From Balanoglossus misakiensis (Eukaryota; Animalia; Hemichordata): 64,000 nt of DNA. The stretch covers positions 10,491,656 through 10,555,655 of the forward strand of contig CM082583.2 in NCBI GenBank assembly GCA_040954595.2. Reading direction: 5' to 3'. Positions within the stretch are counted from its first letter, which is position 1. Each line of letters begins with the position of its first letter. Of this stretch, positions 11,701 through 25,730 are shown in pieces. The translations under genes were made by a program, and so were the position numbers. A model generated the notes under the pieces. It was not told where the DNA came from, ran no database searches, and saw only the letters and a program-made list of their open reading frames with translations.

Positions 11701-14700
11701 AATCACCATTGCCACACTATGCCAGGCTATACTGGTAATTTTTGGGTAATTTTCCTTGCAGTAGGAATACTGCGCAAATGTGAACTGAAGGCAACTTTAT
11801 ACTGAAAATTACCACACAGAGAAGCAATTGGCTATGAACAAGCAACCCATTGCTACGGTAATTAAAATTCTCGCAAGATCTCGCAATGAGAGGAAAACCA
11901 TCTATTGTTATCACATCCGCCTTGAACTTCGTCAGGAATCCTTTCTGCATGTAGACTTAAGGTTTGATGCCTTTAACTAAGCTGGATACATTTTATAACT
12001 TGAAATGATCACGCTGACGTTTAAATCGATTTGTTGTATCTAAAGGATTTTATCGGATTATACCCACCGTTATTTTATATTCACATGCTCTCTATGTCCA
12101 ATGAACGGTAGTGCTGGAGTCACCGTGGTAACGTACATTAACAGACTCAGCATGGGCTTTGGGCCAATTTGATGTTATTGAGGTATTCATCTAAAGTCCT
12201 ATTCGAAATACTTTAGTCCATGGCTTCGGAACATTCTGTCGCCTGATAGTGGGTGGGATGGAGCCCGGTGATTTTGAGCTTCCATTTACTCAAAAGTTCA
12301 TTCGTTCGAAGTAGCATGCACCGCGGGGGAAGATTTTCACAGCAAAGAAATAATCAAAATCCAACCTTATGTTCGTAAATTAGATTTCTGTGAAGTTTTT
12401 CGCAAGGATTTGGGTATAATGTCAACCATCTACGTTTTTTAAGACAATCAACAATAATTAACAACTTTTCACAATGTTTACACTGGTAGCATAGCTAGTG
12501 GTTGTTTTGGATTTGAACTAACGTGAAATGTCACATTCTGTACAATAGAACTTGGGTAGTGCCCACAAACTACGTCATTTCCTTGAAAACCTGGGGGCAG
12601 TAGATGAACGGATTATTCAGTATAGTATGTTTGCTGTATTGCTGTAGGTCTGTATCAGGTATACCATTTCCGCCTAAGTGGACACCCTTTTATGCAAAGA
12701 AAATTCGTGATATACTGTAGTTGTTAAGCCCACATAGAGGAGTAAAATTTAGGTCATTATTCAAAGATAAACATCTACTGTCAACACATGTTCGTACCTG
12801 CCGGGAAGGCAGCCATCCATGTTCAGGTTATCTGTAAGATATCTATGACTGCTATTTATGGCATGTTTAATTTTCACAACGTTCTTGTTTCAAACGTCTG
12901 TTTGTCCAGTTTTCATTCGTTTGGCCATTCATCCATCCAGCCTACTTAACTTTGCATTTTCTCAGATTTGTTGAACATTAAAAGGTGCTGTTTGTACATT
13001 TGCAGCTTTAGTTTTAGGCATTTATCTTGGCTGTCATAGAATGACAGTGAGAACTGTCTTCTGTGTTATACCATTCTATGATGTCCATTTCAAACAGGAG
13101 TATTTTACAGCTCAGTCATCAAAAACTCAAATAAGCTGACATATATTTTTCAAACTTCTTGTGAAATATCGATTGCAAGAACGAATGTTTGGTCAGTAAA
13201 ATATTGATTTTCAAGTAAATGTAGGAAGGACAGCTAGTCAAGTGGTCCACAATGCGTGGAGGTCAAACTATGACTACTTTCGAGTTTCAGTACTACGAAT
13301 CGTGAAATCTGCCACTCCAACTTATAATGCTTCTCTGTCAATTAATGGAGATTGCAAACAGCGCAGTATGACAGCTTGAGCGAAGTGTCACTCACAGACA
13401 AACACACTGGCTTTGAACCGAAACTTGTTACTGGATTCCCTGTTATTAGAATAGTGCAAGCGGGAAAATAATGCATCTATTCATTTATGTATTTATTCAG
13501 ATTGAATCATGCAGATATTTGCAACAGACAGGAAGGGAAGCTCTTCTACACAATGGGCAATCTAACCCGGTTTACTTCAAAGCACCCCATGCTGGGGTTA
13601 AATTGTGAATAAGGTCAAGATTACCCAGGAAGTGTATTGAAAAGCGCCTAAGCAGCTTCATGCAGGTTTTACCTTTACCAAGTCTTTCATCAATTGGAAA
13701 GCCTATTACACAGACAGTTCTTTTCCAATTGAGTTACTCCGGCATGTTCAACTCGACATTGCATGTAGGCATATAAGTATACCCAACCCAAGAAAGTAGT
13801 TTCACATTCGCATTTCCCTTAACCAACCAAAGCCTGCGATACTAAAGGTTACCTTCGCGCCTGCGTGTTCATTTTGTGTAAATCTGCTGAGGTTGATACC
13901 TCGACCATCTGTTGAAAAGTAAAGGTATGCAACGACAACATTTACAGATTTTCAATCACATGAACCTGGGGCATATCTAATTAAGGCGGTAACAGGAGAA
14001 TCGGAGTGTGATGGATTTGTCGTTTAAAGTCGTCTTAATTTTCCCTCAGTCATTTGCAAATTAACAAGCCATTCGCCTTTTGCCGCAGTTCAAGAAGCCA
14101 GTACCGACTGCAAAGCAATTATTGGCCCTAATAAGAAGGAGGGCTTAGGGGATCCGACTTACACATTACCTTTCAGTTCTTGTTTCGTACAATAATATTG
14201 ATGGTCTCTTGTTGGAAGGGGATCTTGTTCCGAAAGGGTTTGGAAATGTTATTTGGTATCCGGAAAGAGATTAGGTGACAAAATATGCTTTAAAAGCTCG
14301 GGGTGAATAACGTGTTTTACCTAAGTATCTTTTGACATTCTCCGACTCTTGCGTAGGGGCAAGGTGACAGTCGAGAGGTTTTTTCAGTCTTGCGTACGTT
14401 TCAACTGAAGGACCAGAATGTTTCAAGAAAGGTTTTTAGATTATATGCCTCATGAAGACGTTCTTTTATTCTGATTTCTTGACGGGAATGGAAGAGCCAT
14501 GGGGTATTAACAGGGAGCATGCATCAACCCTTTCAGTTTAAACTCAGTGTTCAGTGATGAATACTGACAACGAACCTAAATATTTTTATTTTAGCAAAAC
14601 TGAAATAAATTCATAAATTCATTATATAAAATCCATTCAGTTGTAGAATTCATATTACTTCATGCTCACGTTAGAATGACTTTGTCAGTGATCTAAACAT

Positions 14701-15574
14701 GACATTAAACACATTTTAAAACCAAAGAAAATTAAGAAAGGATTAAACTGTGCACAATATGCCTGAGAACGAACTCGTATAAAGTTTATAGGATGGTACT
14801 CAGGGAAAACTTCAGACTTACAACCGCATTGCTAGTCATCAGCTGCTTCAAAACCCGATTTCAATCAGATCACAGCTGCTGTTGGCTAGCTTCTGTTCTA
14901 TTGACCCCAGGATCAATTGTATATTGCTTTGAAAGTTTGGCGGACCTCTTTCTTTCAACTAGACTCGGTTAATGCCAATATAAGAGAAACACACGTATCT
15001 TCGCATTTAGATCATTATCTCGACCCTAAAGACCCTGAAAATCATTTACAGGCTCATACGAATGTATAGATATGAACTCTCCTGAGAGATACTTACTGAA
15101 ACTCGGTTATTCAAGCTGCGTTTTGATCAGCCGAGCGATTAGAGAAGCGGCCAGGCTTTATTAAAATGGTTCGTAATGACCACAATCATGTTGATTATGT
15201 TTAACGGTGCGGGTATTAAACCTTGTCTGTCGCGTTTGGAAGCATTAAGCCTGATACGTGATACCAATCGCGTGGGTCGATGAGATATGTGTAAAAATGG
15301 CGTGACTGGATTTTATTTGGCAAGCTATAAACTCGTTGTGAATGAATACGTACGTACTTTGAACTTGGAATAATGGGTTGTCAGCAATTCTGAGTGTAGT
15401 CTATTATTATGAGGCTTATAATATTTGAAAGATGCTGGTGATAATGATAACGGTATGTTGGCTTTCATTCTGTGATCAGTGGAGAGAATAAATATTGAGT
15501 AATTGGGTATATGGATATTATTACTGGCAGCCAATTACATCTTGGCAATCACCCAGGCTCATTTAAGACAACAA

Positions 15575-15764
15575 TTGTTAGCTCAGGTGTTGATCATAAA
15601 CATGGGCTCATGTCATAGCAGTTTCTGTGGTCTGTTTGTCTGTCTTGCTTGCTTGCTGCACAAAATTCAATATGTGTGCGGATTCTAGTCAAGTTTGGTA
15701 TACAGGTACATTTGTTGGCAAGAACCTAATGATTTTAATGTTTTTGTCATAATTTAGGGTCAAG
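15575..15764 (+). mobile_element. Degenerate HINE/DINE-1-like repeat fragment
   Basis: TTGTTAGCTCAGGTGTT...AAACATGGGCT imperfect hairpin, then a decayed (CTGT)n tract, then AAGTTTGGTATAC...GGTCAAG. This layout is typical of Helentron-associated non-autonomous elements of marine invertebrates (recognition by architecture only). Confidence 0.35.
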
Positions 15765-18700
15765 CTGTGATAGTTGCCTGCTACAGTTACTAGGCTAGAC
15801 TGATCGGTCTAAAAGAGCTACTGTCTACGCTGCCATACTATTGGCGAAGATTCATTGACTGAATGTCCACTCACCAGTAAAGCTGTCATGTAAAATATCG
15901 CCAATTCAATTGAATGCACATACAGAACATGTCCCTTACTTAACCAAACAACACACCACGCATATTAAATACATAGTTTTCAAGCCAGTTACAAACAATG
16001 TGCTTTCCTTGTACATACATGTACATGTCAACCACAGAGCAATGGTGATGTAACATGTCAGGCGTTAAGTGCAATCCTTGAACTGGATTTTAAAATTTGT
16101 CATCATAAAGGGCTTCTTGAAATTATATTTGACATGAGTTTACAGCGGACAAATGCACTCTTTCGTACCACACAATTTATTGACATCCGTTTCTCATTAA
16201 TGTGTTTCTTTAAGTTTCCAAACTCACTGATGAATGAGACTATAAAATAGATAAAAGGCCAAATTCGGGCATTTGTGTACGATACTTCCATTATAATAAA
16301 ATTCAGCTTGCGATTTCAGTGGTTGTCAGTCAAATTAAGACCTTCGACGACAGTTCTTTGCCCACTAAATTTTATTGATTAAATCCCACTTATACCTCCT
16401 CGTGATAAGTCAATAGTCTTACATGGGTAAACCTTTCCACAATGTACAGTTGAAATCAAATTAAATTTTATCATATAAAATGAATTTGGCTTGGTGTTTG
16501 GCGTTCACATTAAGTGGGAGCTTTCCTGTTAAGATTTTGACATGAAACTTTAAACTTTAATGATAATGTGAATTTCCATCAATGATGTTGGTGAGCTTGT
16601 TGAAGCAAAAACTATTTGGATTGTGTGTAAGATATTCAAGCAAGTTCATATATAATTCACAAGTTTCCTTTGTGAATTATATATACTGTGACAAAATTGG
16701 GGTGTGTTTTTAAAACTTCCTCTGACTGTAAACCCATTGTTTCGAAAATCAATTTAGGATGACGGCATATGAGATAAAAGTAGCAGTTTTAAATTGACAA
16801 CAGACCAAACTGGGTTCATTATACAAAGCATTGATTTTTCGTCAGTTTTTCAGATACTACAAGACGACGCCATAATGAAACAGTAAACTCAACTGACAGG
16901 ACTGTGTTGTGAGTTTGGTTGCCAGGGAAACCTGATTCCACTTGTGACAGCGCATTAGTTCGAACCTGTGTGAACATGCATCTCTGCCAACTCCGTGATT
17001 AGTGCTCTTTCTGCTCCCTGCATGCCACGCGGACCTTGTTCGTCGTATTAAAATATCACGCTGCTTGCTATAGTAACCTTAGACCCATGTTATTACACAA
17101 GGACACAGTGCGACAAGCTTTAATGTACAAAAGGTAGTTAATTAGCACTTTCAGAGACGCAAAACGTCGATTTAATGTATTTTACATGCATAATTTACAT
17201 GCAGCGCATGCAAATATATTAATGTACAGGGATCGAGTGGCAAATTTGCTTTTTCATGTTTCATTTCCCATCTTCCTCAAAGCCTATATCGTCCTGTGTG
17301 GTAAATTCAGTTGAGGTCAAATATTATTAAACTTAATTGAAGCTTTAAGTTTTGAATTCTATTTTTCATGTGTATCATATGTCAAACTAACTCGCCAACT
17401 ACTGTCATATTCTAGACAAAGACAGATCATACACAGTTATTCTTTGGCTTATCTTGGATAATATAACTATATAATGTATTAAACATAATATTATGTGTCA
17501 CTTCAATTAGTACTTGTCTTGAGGACACTCTAAGCGTGTTAATCGGAATGTTTAATAGGTCTCTGAGTTGTCGTCGAGGTCAACTGCAGATAATGGGAGT
17601 TCTGTGCCTTGTGGTGAAATTTTGAGTGAGAATTTGGAATGCTATGCTTGTTGGTATAATTGACGTAAACTAGAACTATAAAGGACAATCCATCCTGATA
17701 ATTCTACCTTGGCTGTAAAGATTCTCGTGTTTTAAGAGTGTTGAGCACCACTTGGAAATAGTCGCTAAGTCAAACACTGTCAGATGTTACATGAACGCTT
17801 CTGAACAGTGCACGCCCTACTTCTCTTTTTAGCTTTATTTTGGTGAAACTGAAAGTGACACCCAGTTACATTTGAGCTGGTGACTTGGACATTTTGACAG
17901 CTGGGTCAGAGTGACAGATTCTCCATTGCATTTATGGAGGATCTGGTACTAAACACTCCAGTATTGGAAACGTGGTGTTGCCATGTTTGATGTTTTACTG
18001 AGTATCAAAGTATTGCCCTCTTTGTCATAACATATTTGTTTTACGTTCTCCTATATATCACTTTCAGTATCCTTTCCCGCTTGATTGTGAAATTCGATGT
18101 CCTGAATTCAGCGGATAATGATTACAGAAGGAGAATCTCCCCTTTCATGTCATGACAGGGCTCCCCTTAGCGAGCAATTTATTCATTCTTCACGTCAAAC
18201 GACTTCGCCTCTCGACGTTATTTATGCATTTCAGGGTGCCGGGAGTGTAGTATTGTGATAAACTCTAACATTTATTCAAACACTATTGAAACTTGAGTCG
18301 ACACTGTTTAAACATAGACATTGTGCAAGCCTGCACTCAGTTACCTATTGAAGAACGCATTACTCCTGCGATTGTCAACCTTTCTTCTATTATATCGATG
18401 CCTGAAGTCAAACATTTTTTTAATATTACCAATTTATTCACTTTCTAACAAACCCAATATCAAACAACAGCTAAAGGAGTAAATATTATACGCTTGTCTG
18501 GTTGCACGTACATGTTTTTCAATACACATTCTATAAATCCTTTTATAAAACCATCATTTTTCTGATTGACAGGTTAGAAAAAAATTAGGTGTAGTTAATC
18601 AATTGTACAGCGTTCACAACATCAAAATATTTTCCAGAAATTGCAATGTAAACAGGGTGTCCTTGTCGAAAATGCCATAGCTTCCAAATTTACGTATTAG

Positions 18701-20734
18701 ATGGTGATGAATATGTATGGCTGCTGTTTTTATTTTTGAAGGAGGAAAAAACACGACCTTTATTGATGACTGCAGTTACTGTTTTGTCCATTATGTAGCT
18801 TGGGTACCGTGTCCATTCCCCATACACCAATGGAAAATATGACGTAAGCAAATGGTGGTTGCCAACTTTCAAAACATGTAAACAGTTGTTGGTAAAAGAG
18901 AAATTCTGAATCATGCAGAGGGAGTTCATTTCAATAGTTACTGGGTGGATGCTGCGCAGTTTATCTCGAGCAGTAATTGAAAGACTCTGTGGTACAAAAA
19001 TGTAAAAAGCAATTCCGAATTCGGAGAAATCAACTCGAGGAATACATTTTGTTGATTGCGGCGATAAGGAAAGCGAGCAAATTGCCTGTCTACATACATG
19101 AACGCCGTCACGCATGCTTTACGATTGATTGAACGATCTATTGAAGTGAGATCAATATACCGATAGTAAAAGATTACTCACAGATCAGCATTCCACATGA
19201 CGCATTTAAACTGCTTCTAAAAATGTGCATGTATAACGATTGGAGTGATTATTGAACCAATCTTCACTCCATCTTTACTACATTAAAATTGGTACTAGGT
19301 TGAATAGTTTTAACGTTTATTTCAGTTACTGTACTTTTTACATGATTGAATTTGAAACTAAGGATTATACTAACCCTGCAAATCAGTCATTTCCGGCTGT
19401 GTACATTCATGTGTTAGCAGGCTCTGGAGCTTAAGATTTGCGTGCCTGCAGGTAGGTTATTTCCGGTAGACCATGGCAAAGAAATACTAGGCTTTTGAAT
19501 TAGAGTTTATATACCTGCAATTTGATGAATCCCAGTGGTATTAAGCGACGGAATAAGTGCCTCGCGCATTGATAACATACATGTACCAACAACACTGCCT
19601 AGGTTGGTTTTCTGATCATGATAATTTTACAGTGTAAACAGTATACAAACCTGTGACATTCATTAAGCCTTTCCAAATATTACCCCCAAATTTCCCAAAG
19701 CGGCGATTTCTCTTAAGTATTTCAGTGAAATATAAATGTGAAAAGGAAAACGAATTCGTAAACACACACCGCGCTATAAGTTGATGACCTACTTAAAAAG
19801 TTCATTAGTCTCTTGGAATTGGCGATATCAGTATACAGCAGAGGGGAAATCACAGCCGACACTTCTTGATTCAATCTCGAGCCGTGCAGTTTAATGACAT
19901 TTGAATCATGTAACGTCGAAGAAGTAGGATGGGATTCTCAAAGGCTACTTTACTTGTACGTATTAAGCCTTGCCCTCCCTGTGGTCCAGTGTTGCTACCG
20001 TCTTACATGGTTACGGGCATACCTCATTTAAGGGGGAAAATGGACCTTTGTAATGCTCATTCTCAGAGTCTGGGAATATAAATTGCTAGAAATGATATTG
20101 GCGAGTATTGCAGCATGTACACATTTTGGCTGTAATCTACTTTTGGTCAAAATCGCTTCCTCTCAAGCACTGAAATTCATGGTTAAGGACGGTCGGAAAT
20201 GTTGTTTCCTGTACCAGCACTTGATAAAGACAGAAATACCTTCACAACACTTTGTGCTATGGTAACGCCAGTCATGAAAACGTGTATACTTTAACCGTGG
20301 CATGCATGCTTATTAAACTGTTGTTGCCAATTGGTTGCCTTCGCAACAAAAAGTTGTCCTCCCTGCATCTTTATAGCTTAGTTCACTTCCTGTCTGGCAA
20401 GCCCAGTATTACGTTTAAATAATTGATGGTATACCAGTACATGTATGTCACTAAGGCAACAACACACCTTGTGACGTGTTTATATGAATTATTAAATATG
20501 ACTTCTTTTCTGCGCTTCAAAATTGGCATGCAAGGGGAATTATGGAAAGGGTGTTTATTCGAAATGCCTGTTGGGTTATTATAACAAGTTGGTTCCTACA
20601 TATCATGCTTGTTCTGACCTGTATATAGAGATCACCATTAAAATGCCTTCTTTCGAGTTCATAAAATTTAAGGTTATGTAAAAAAAAAACGCATAACCAC
20701 ACCAGTTGGATGGCCATACATATTGGTTCTTATC

Positions 20735-20888
20735 ACAAAACAAATATATGTGTACACATACATCACATTTTCCATGAACGAAATATGTTCTCAGACTGGT
20801 ATTTCTGAGTAATTGCTCCAGAGGGATACATAGATTGGTGGGCAGAGTGTAATCTGTTAGTCGCCAGGACTACGTCTATTGGGACTAA
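20735..20888 (-). mobile_element. Second, inverted copy of the repeat at 480-625
   Basis: Reverse complement reads TTAGTCCCAATAGACGTAGTCCTGGCGACTAACAGATTACACTCTGCCCACC, similar to 480-532, with further weak similarity downstream. Confidence 0.4.
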
Positions 20889-22628
20889 GACAAACTCTCC
20901 TTGTTACAGGAAAGTGTATTTTGCGTCATGTCACGAAAAGGCGCCACAATCCTTCTGATGAGATAATGACATATACTAAGTTTGACACGCCTGAACAACG
21001 CCAATTGTACAATTAAATGTCCTAGGTGATGTCCACTCTGATCTCTTCACTGTCAAAGAAAAGGAGAACAAAATCGACGCCTTTCTCTGTCGACTGCAAT
21101 AAACTTAACATTCTCAGTTCCTTGACTTGTTCCTATGCTGCAATGCACTGTCATTATTGCAAACTTGCTACAAGGTTTGCAGATAAACTGCCAAGTAAAT
21201 GTCACATTTTTTCATGTGGTGTGTGGGTAAACATGGCAATGGACATGTGGCATATGACATTCGAACTGTGTGTAGTATATGGTTCTCATAAACACTGAAG
21301 TGAAGAATTAGAGTGATAGAAATGGTGGACATTTTGCTTTTTATAACTCAGTACTTGATTGACACATCACAAATAGATCATAACCATATCCTTGATATCA
21401 TTCCATGAATTCAGAAATTACATTTAATCCACAAGAGGTCACTAAAGGGTTTGTTGTTAAACAAGTATGTGACCAGTGAATATTATTTTTCCAGACTTTA
21501 TGTGATTATTACATTTCATACACGGTTTTCTAATCAAATGTTAATTCCGTCAAAAGACTCCTACCAAACTTATAATGTAAGCACTTTGCAATTCTTTGCC
21601 GGGTCTGGCATCATAGCCATTCTAATCTTTCCTAGTGACTGTTCGAGTTAAGACAGATTTTTCATCTATTCTAGCAATTCTTCGCGCGTTGGCATCCATC
21701 AGTTTTGACGATTATTTGGGAAGGTAGAGCAAATAGAAAATTCATACTTAATAAATTTTCATTATACATTGCATCGATTCATCACGACTCCACGACATGT
21801 ATGAATCTTATAGCTGATACCTGAACCACGATGACATCAAGGTATTAATTACTCATGCAACTTTTATATTCCCACTCCGAACACGTGATAGTTTTATACA
21901 ATTTACAGTGTTCAATTCGCAAGTGTATGAATTGGACGTATGCAATCTGACTCCACTGATCATTGTTGTTTACGGGTAAGGAAGAAAAAGAGATAAGCTT
22001 ATGTCGAATTTGGCATTAACTATTCCCAGAATATTTATGTTGGACAGACATAAACCAGTGTTGTGAATTTCTTTTCCAGTTTTCTTGTCGTTTCTTAGTA
22101 CAATAGTGAGATTGGTATATACATGTACATGTATGTAGTGTAGGTAAATCAATAGCTGGCTAACATTGCGTGCCATCGACTGGATTGCCATTGTCAGTGA
22201 CAAATTTCCAACTGTTTAGCGTAAGCAATGGGCTGGAGCAACACCATTGTTGCGTGACACTTCTTGGGCTATTACTCAAACAGCAATTTCAATTGGAAAG
22301 CTGGTAATAAACACATCATGTATACATTGTACCTCGTTATAGGTTAACGCCATATATCACTAATTATAGCAACAGACCTGAAGCACTTACTGGTATATCA
22401 TTTGCTAGTGAAACTAATTAGGACTACGTGCATTACTGACTAAAGCGCCCCTGGTTTCTGCGATGAAACTTACAGTATCAGTGTCAATATCTTTCCATGG
22501 TTGTATTCAACCTGCAGTTATCACTCCCTAAGAGATTTTAATGTGCTTATTATTACACACGTAAAAGAAAACTGAATGTATCAAAATTGATATCTGTGAT
22601 ATATATCTCTGAGTGCATACCGGTACAT

Positions 22629-22815
22629 GATGGTCTTACGGGATTTTGGCACCTTTCCTACAGGAATCCTAAAAGAATCCTTCAGGATTCCTATAAGGAT
22701 TTCAATTGAAGACCCAAAGGATTCTTTTAGGTTTCCTGTAGGAGAGGTGCCAGAATCATGTAAGACTATCCTACAGGATTCTTATAAGACAATATCTTAT
22801 AGGAATCCTATAGAA
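22629..22815. repeat. Fold-back inverted repeat (58-bp arms) built from AGGAATCCTA/TAGGATTCCT-like subunits; MITE/foldback remnant
   Basis: Arm 22629-22686 matches the reverse complement of 22713-22770 at 50/58 positions by manual count. More subunits trail to about 22815. Confidence 0.8.
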
Positions 22816-25730
22816 TATTGTGTAAGGCTTGTTTTGAAGGCTATTCCATAGCAACAGTTTGGCAGTTTTGCTAATGGTGTTCATAAAGTGGTTTGGAGTT
22901 GAATTCACAGATGTGTTCACGGAACTGATGTTTGACATGCATTAGGTGTTGGCTATAGGAAGTGAAAGTGACATAGAATGCTTTCTGGAAAAATACTCCA
23001 AACTAAACATTCAAAGAAGTACTAGTAAACAGAATAGTGAGGCCACTTGATTTTCAAATACAAGTGCAAATGTGTCTTTTCATAAATGCTGACAATAACC
23101 TCCGCTGGAAAGGCAAGTGATTTCGAGTCATTACAAAATGTAAGAATGAAGGGTATGTAGTTCGTGACATTCAAGCTCAATTGTTTCAGAAGCACTGTAT
23201 CTCAATGCCAGCTACATGAAATTCTGTCCGTTTATCGCTGATACCTGCCTCATCGACCATGTCATTCGTATTGTGACTGCTGTACTTCACACGATAAACA
23301 TGCCAAATGCACTCCGCAACAAATTATGCGGCCACAATAATACACTGATTGGCTTCGTTTCGGTGAGCATTACATATTGTAGGTCAAGGTAGTTGCCGAC
23401 AGAGACTTGAATCAAATAATGACGACAGCCATTAGCAAAGTTTTCATCATGTTACTATCGTTTATTTCGAAGCTGCATTGATCTACTTGGTTTTGTTGCG
23501 TTTCACTATTAGGCTTGATTGGCTAGAAAACGTTGTCTTGGCAACCACAAAACATGCGATTTCACTGAGCAGACTGCAGTGTGATGAACACACTGCCAGA
23601 AATGTAACGGCGAAGACTTTTTCCATTGAAAATATGACAAGGGGGTCATAAATTAAGAAACATTAATATTGTGTTCTGAACACATTTGTTGATTAGCTAC
23701 ATTACATGCACGGAGTGGTTTTTATTGAGATGGCAAAGAAAACACGATTATGCGTATAATGAGACCTTGGGGAGGATTTTTGATGAAAAATTCAAATTAC
23801 TGAAGTGATAACAATCAGTTTTCTATTTATTCATGGAAAGAGTATATTGCGACGCACGCAAAAACGTGACCTCCGAACACATTTAGCTGAGAAAGTTCCA
23901 TACATCATGGTGGAGTCGTGTTTTCCTTCAGGCCATACCGACGGATGCGGCGCGCGCATTGTGATCTGTTTACTGGTGAGACTGCAAAACAGCACGGCTA
24001 AGGAATTTTATAAACTTGCCCAAAATGAACAAACAGTACAGACCGATTTTTCATGTTGGCAAGTTTTTTATTATCAATATGTATATAATATTTTTTTTCC
24101 GTATCAGCAAAAAACATATGACCTTGCTGACAGCACAAAGATAGTGCATCGCAATTGATGGCATTTACAAAAATAAACTGATATGTTATCAATTACAAAA
24201 ATTGCAAAGGGAAACCAGTTTTATCTTTATCAAAGAGCTTCCCCATTTTGAATGCACGTGTATTCCATTCGATTTTCCTGACATGAAATCTCGACACAGT
24301 TGGTGCTCCATAATCGGAAATAAGGATCATATTTCCTTCTTTGTTTGATCTCAAAGGAAATTGAATTGGGTTTGACTTGGTCTTCAATATTAGGATTCCG
24401 TACACACATTTCCAAAGATGTTCTATTTACCTCTCCGACTGGATATAACATTATGGCCACCCAAAGAAGAGGCATATATCATAGCCAACATGAATTGATA
24501 GTTACTCTCTATGGACATATTTCTTAATGTTTGTCAGCAGATTTATCAGTTGTTACAAATCAAGTCGGACTGTCGATGTTGAGCATCTACTGCAGTCTCT
24601 ACTTCTTCATGAGTTGAATGTAGACCATTTTGCACAGTATAAACAGCACATGGCCCATCGTGCCCATCGCTTCCAGTCAATGTGGATGATGGTATAATGA
24701 TCACAAACCACAAATATTACAGGCCCGCAGCAACCAGGTGGTAAACCTATAGACAGAGTGGATTGGTGTCTCCAGAGGAATGGAGAATATGTTCAAAGAA
24801 ATGGAAATGAAATCGGCAGCTGGCAGACAAAACTGATGATGCACCATCTGCGCATGCACCCACATTCTGCTTAATATCCTGGAAAGTCTAGTCTCCCAAA
24901 CGTCATAAGAATTCATTTTTAAAAATCACACCACCAACATTTATTAGATGTGTCTAAAATGGCATTGTTTTCACTTTACACCATTAAGTGACAGTTGCTG
25001 TTTGTACTTTTGTCAGTGGCTATAATCACTTGCATAATTTGGAAACAGTGTACATAAGCACAGAAATGGTACGAATACTATGATCCTAAAATTATAGTAT
25101 TGCAATCAATATTTCATGATGTAAAAGTAAATGAGTTGCTAGATATTTGTGCACTTTTACACACTTGCCCGTTCTTTTTTCTCTCTCTTTCCTATACATG
25201 TAATATTTACAATTATCCTGTCAGACGTCGCTTCGATATCGAGTAATCAAAGCAGAGAAAAGCCTGTATTTTCTCGCCGTTCAATATCGAGACATGAGAC
25301 TGCATTCTAATTTCAGAGGCAGCATCTAATGGATTTTTTTTTCAGACAAAATATGTTCGTTTGTGTGCATTAGAAATTTGTAATATCGAGGTTTTCTATT
25401 TTGAGGTAATCTCTACAGAACACGACGCGGTTTTGTTTCAATGGTTTCTTCGAGAGTGGTTTTTCAGTTTGATTGGAGTTTCTCTATTCGAAGTAATCAA
25501 TAAAGTAATCCTCAAAATGGCATAGTTTATACAGCAGACCTTGAATGTGACATTCTGCTGAACTTTTCCCGAAAATGGGCGTGGATGTAGAAACATTGTA
25601 ATGTCTGAATACACGTCAATCATTTCGTACCAACTAGTTGCGTCACATCGCGAAGGCGTGTACATGCATCTATCATACACTATCTTTTCATTTCTCTTTT
25701 AGGGTTTCTTCCCCCGCAGTGCAGAAGAAT

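Noticed and set aside
18130-18150. GGAGAATCTCCCC(C)TTT motif shared with 39056-39072
   Set aside because: The similarity does not extend beyond about 20 bp, so I cannot distinguish it from chance.
22627-22851. 74-aa ORF
   Set aside because: It lies entirely on the fold-back repeat.
25638-25730. N-terminal extension MRHIAKAC... of the 397-aa ORF
   Set aside because: It starts at TTG and crosses a clear polypyrimidine/AG acceptor at 25702. The plausible start is ATG 25731.
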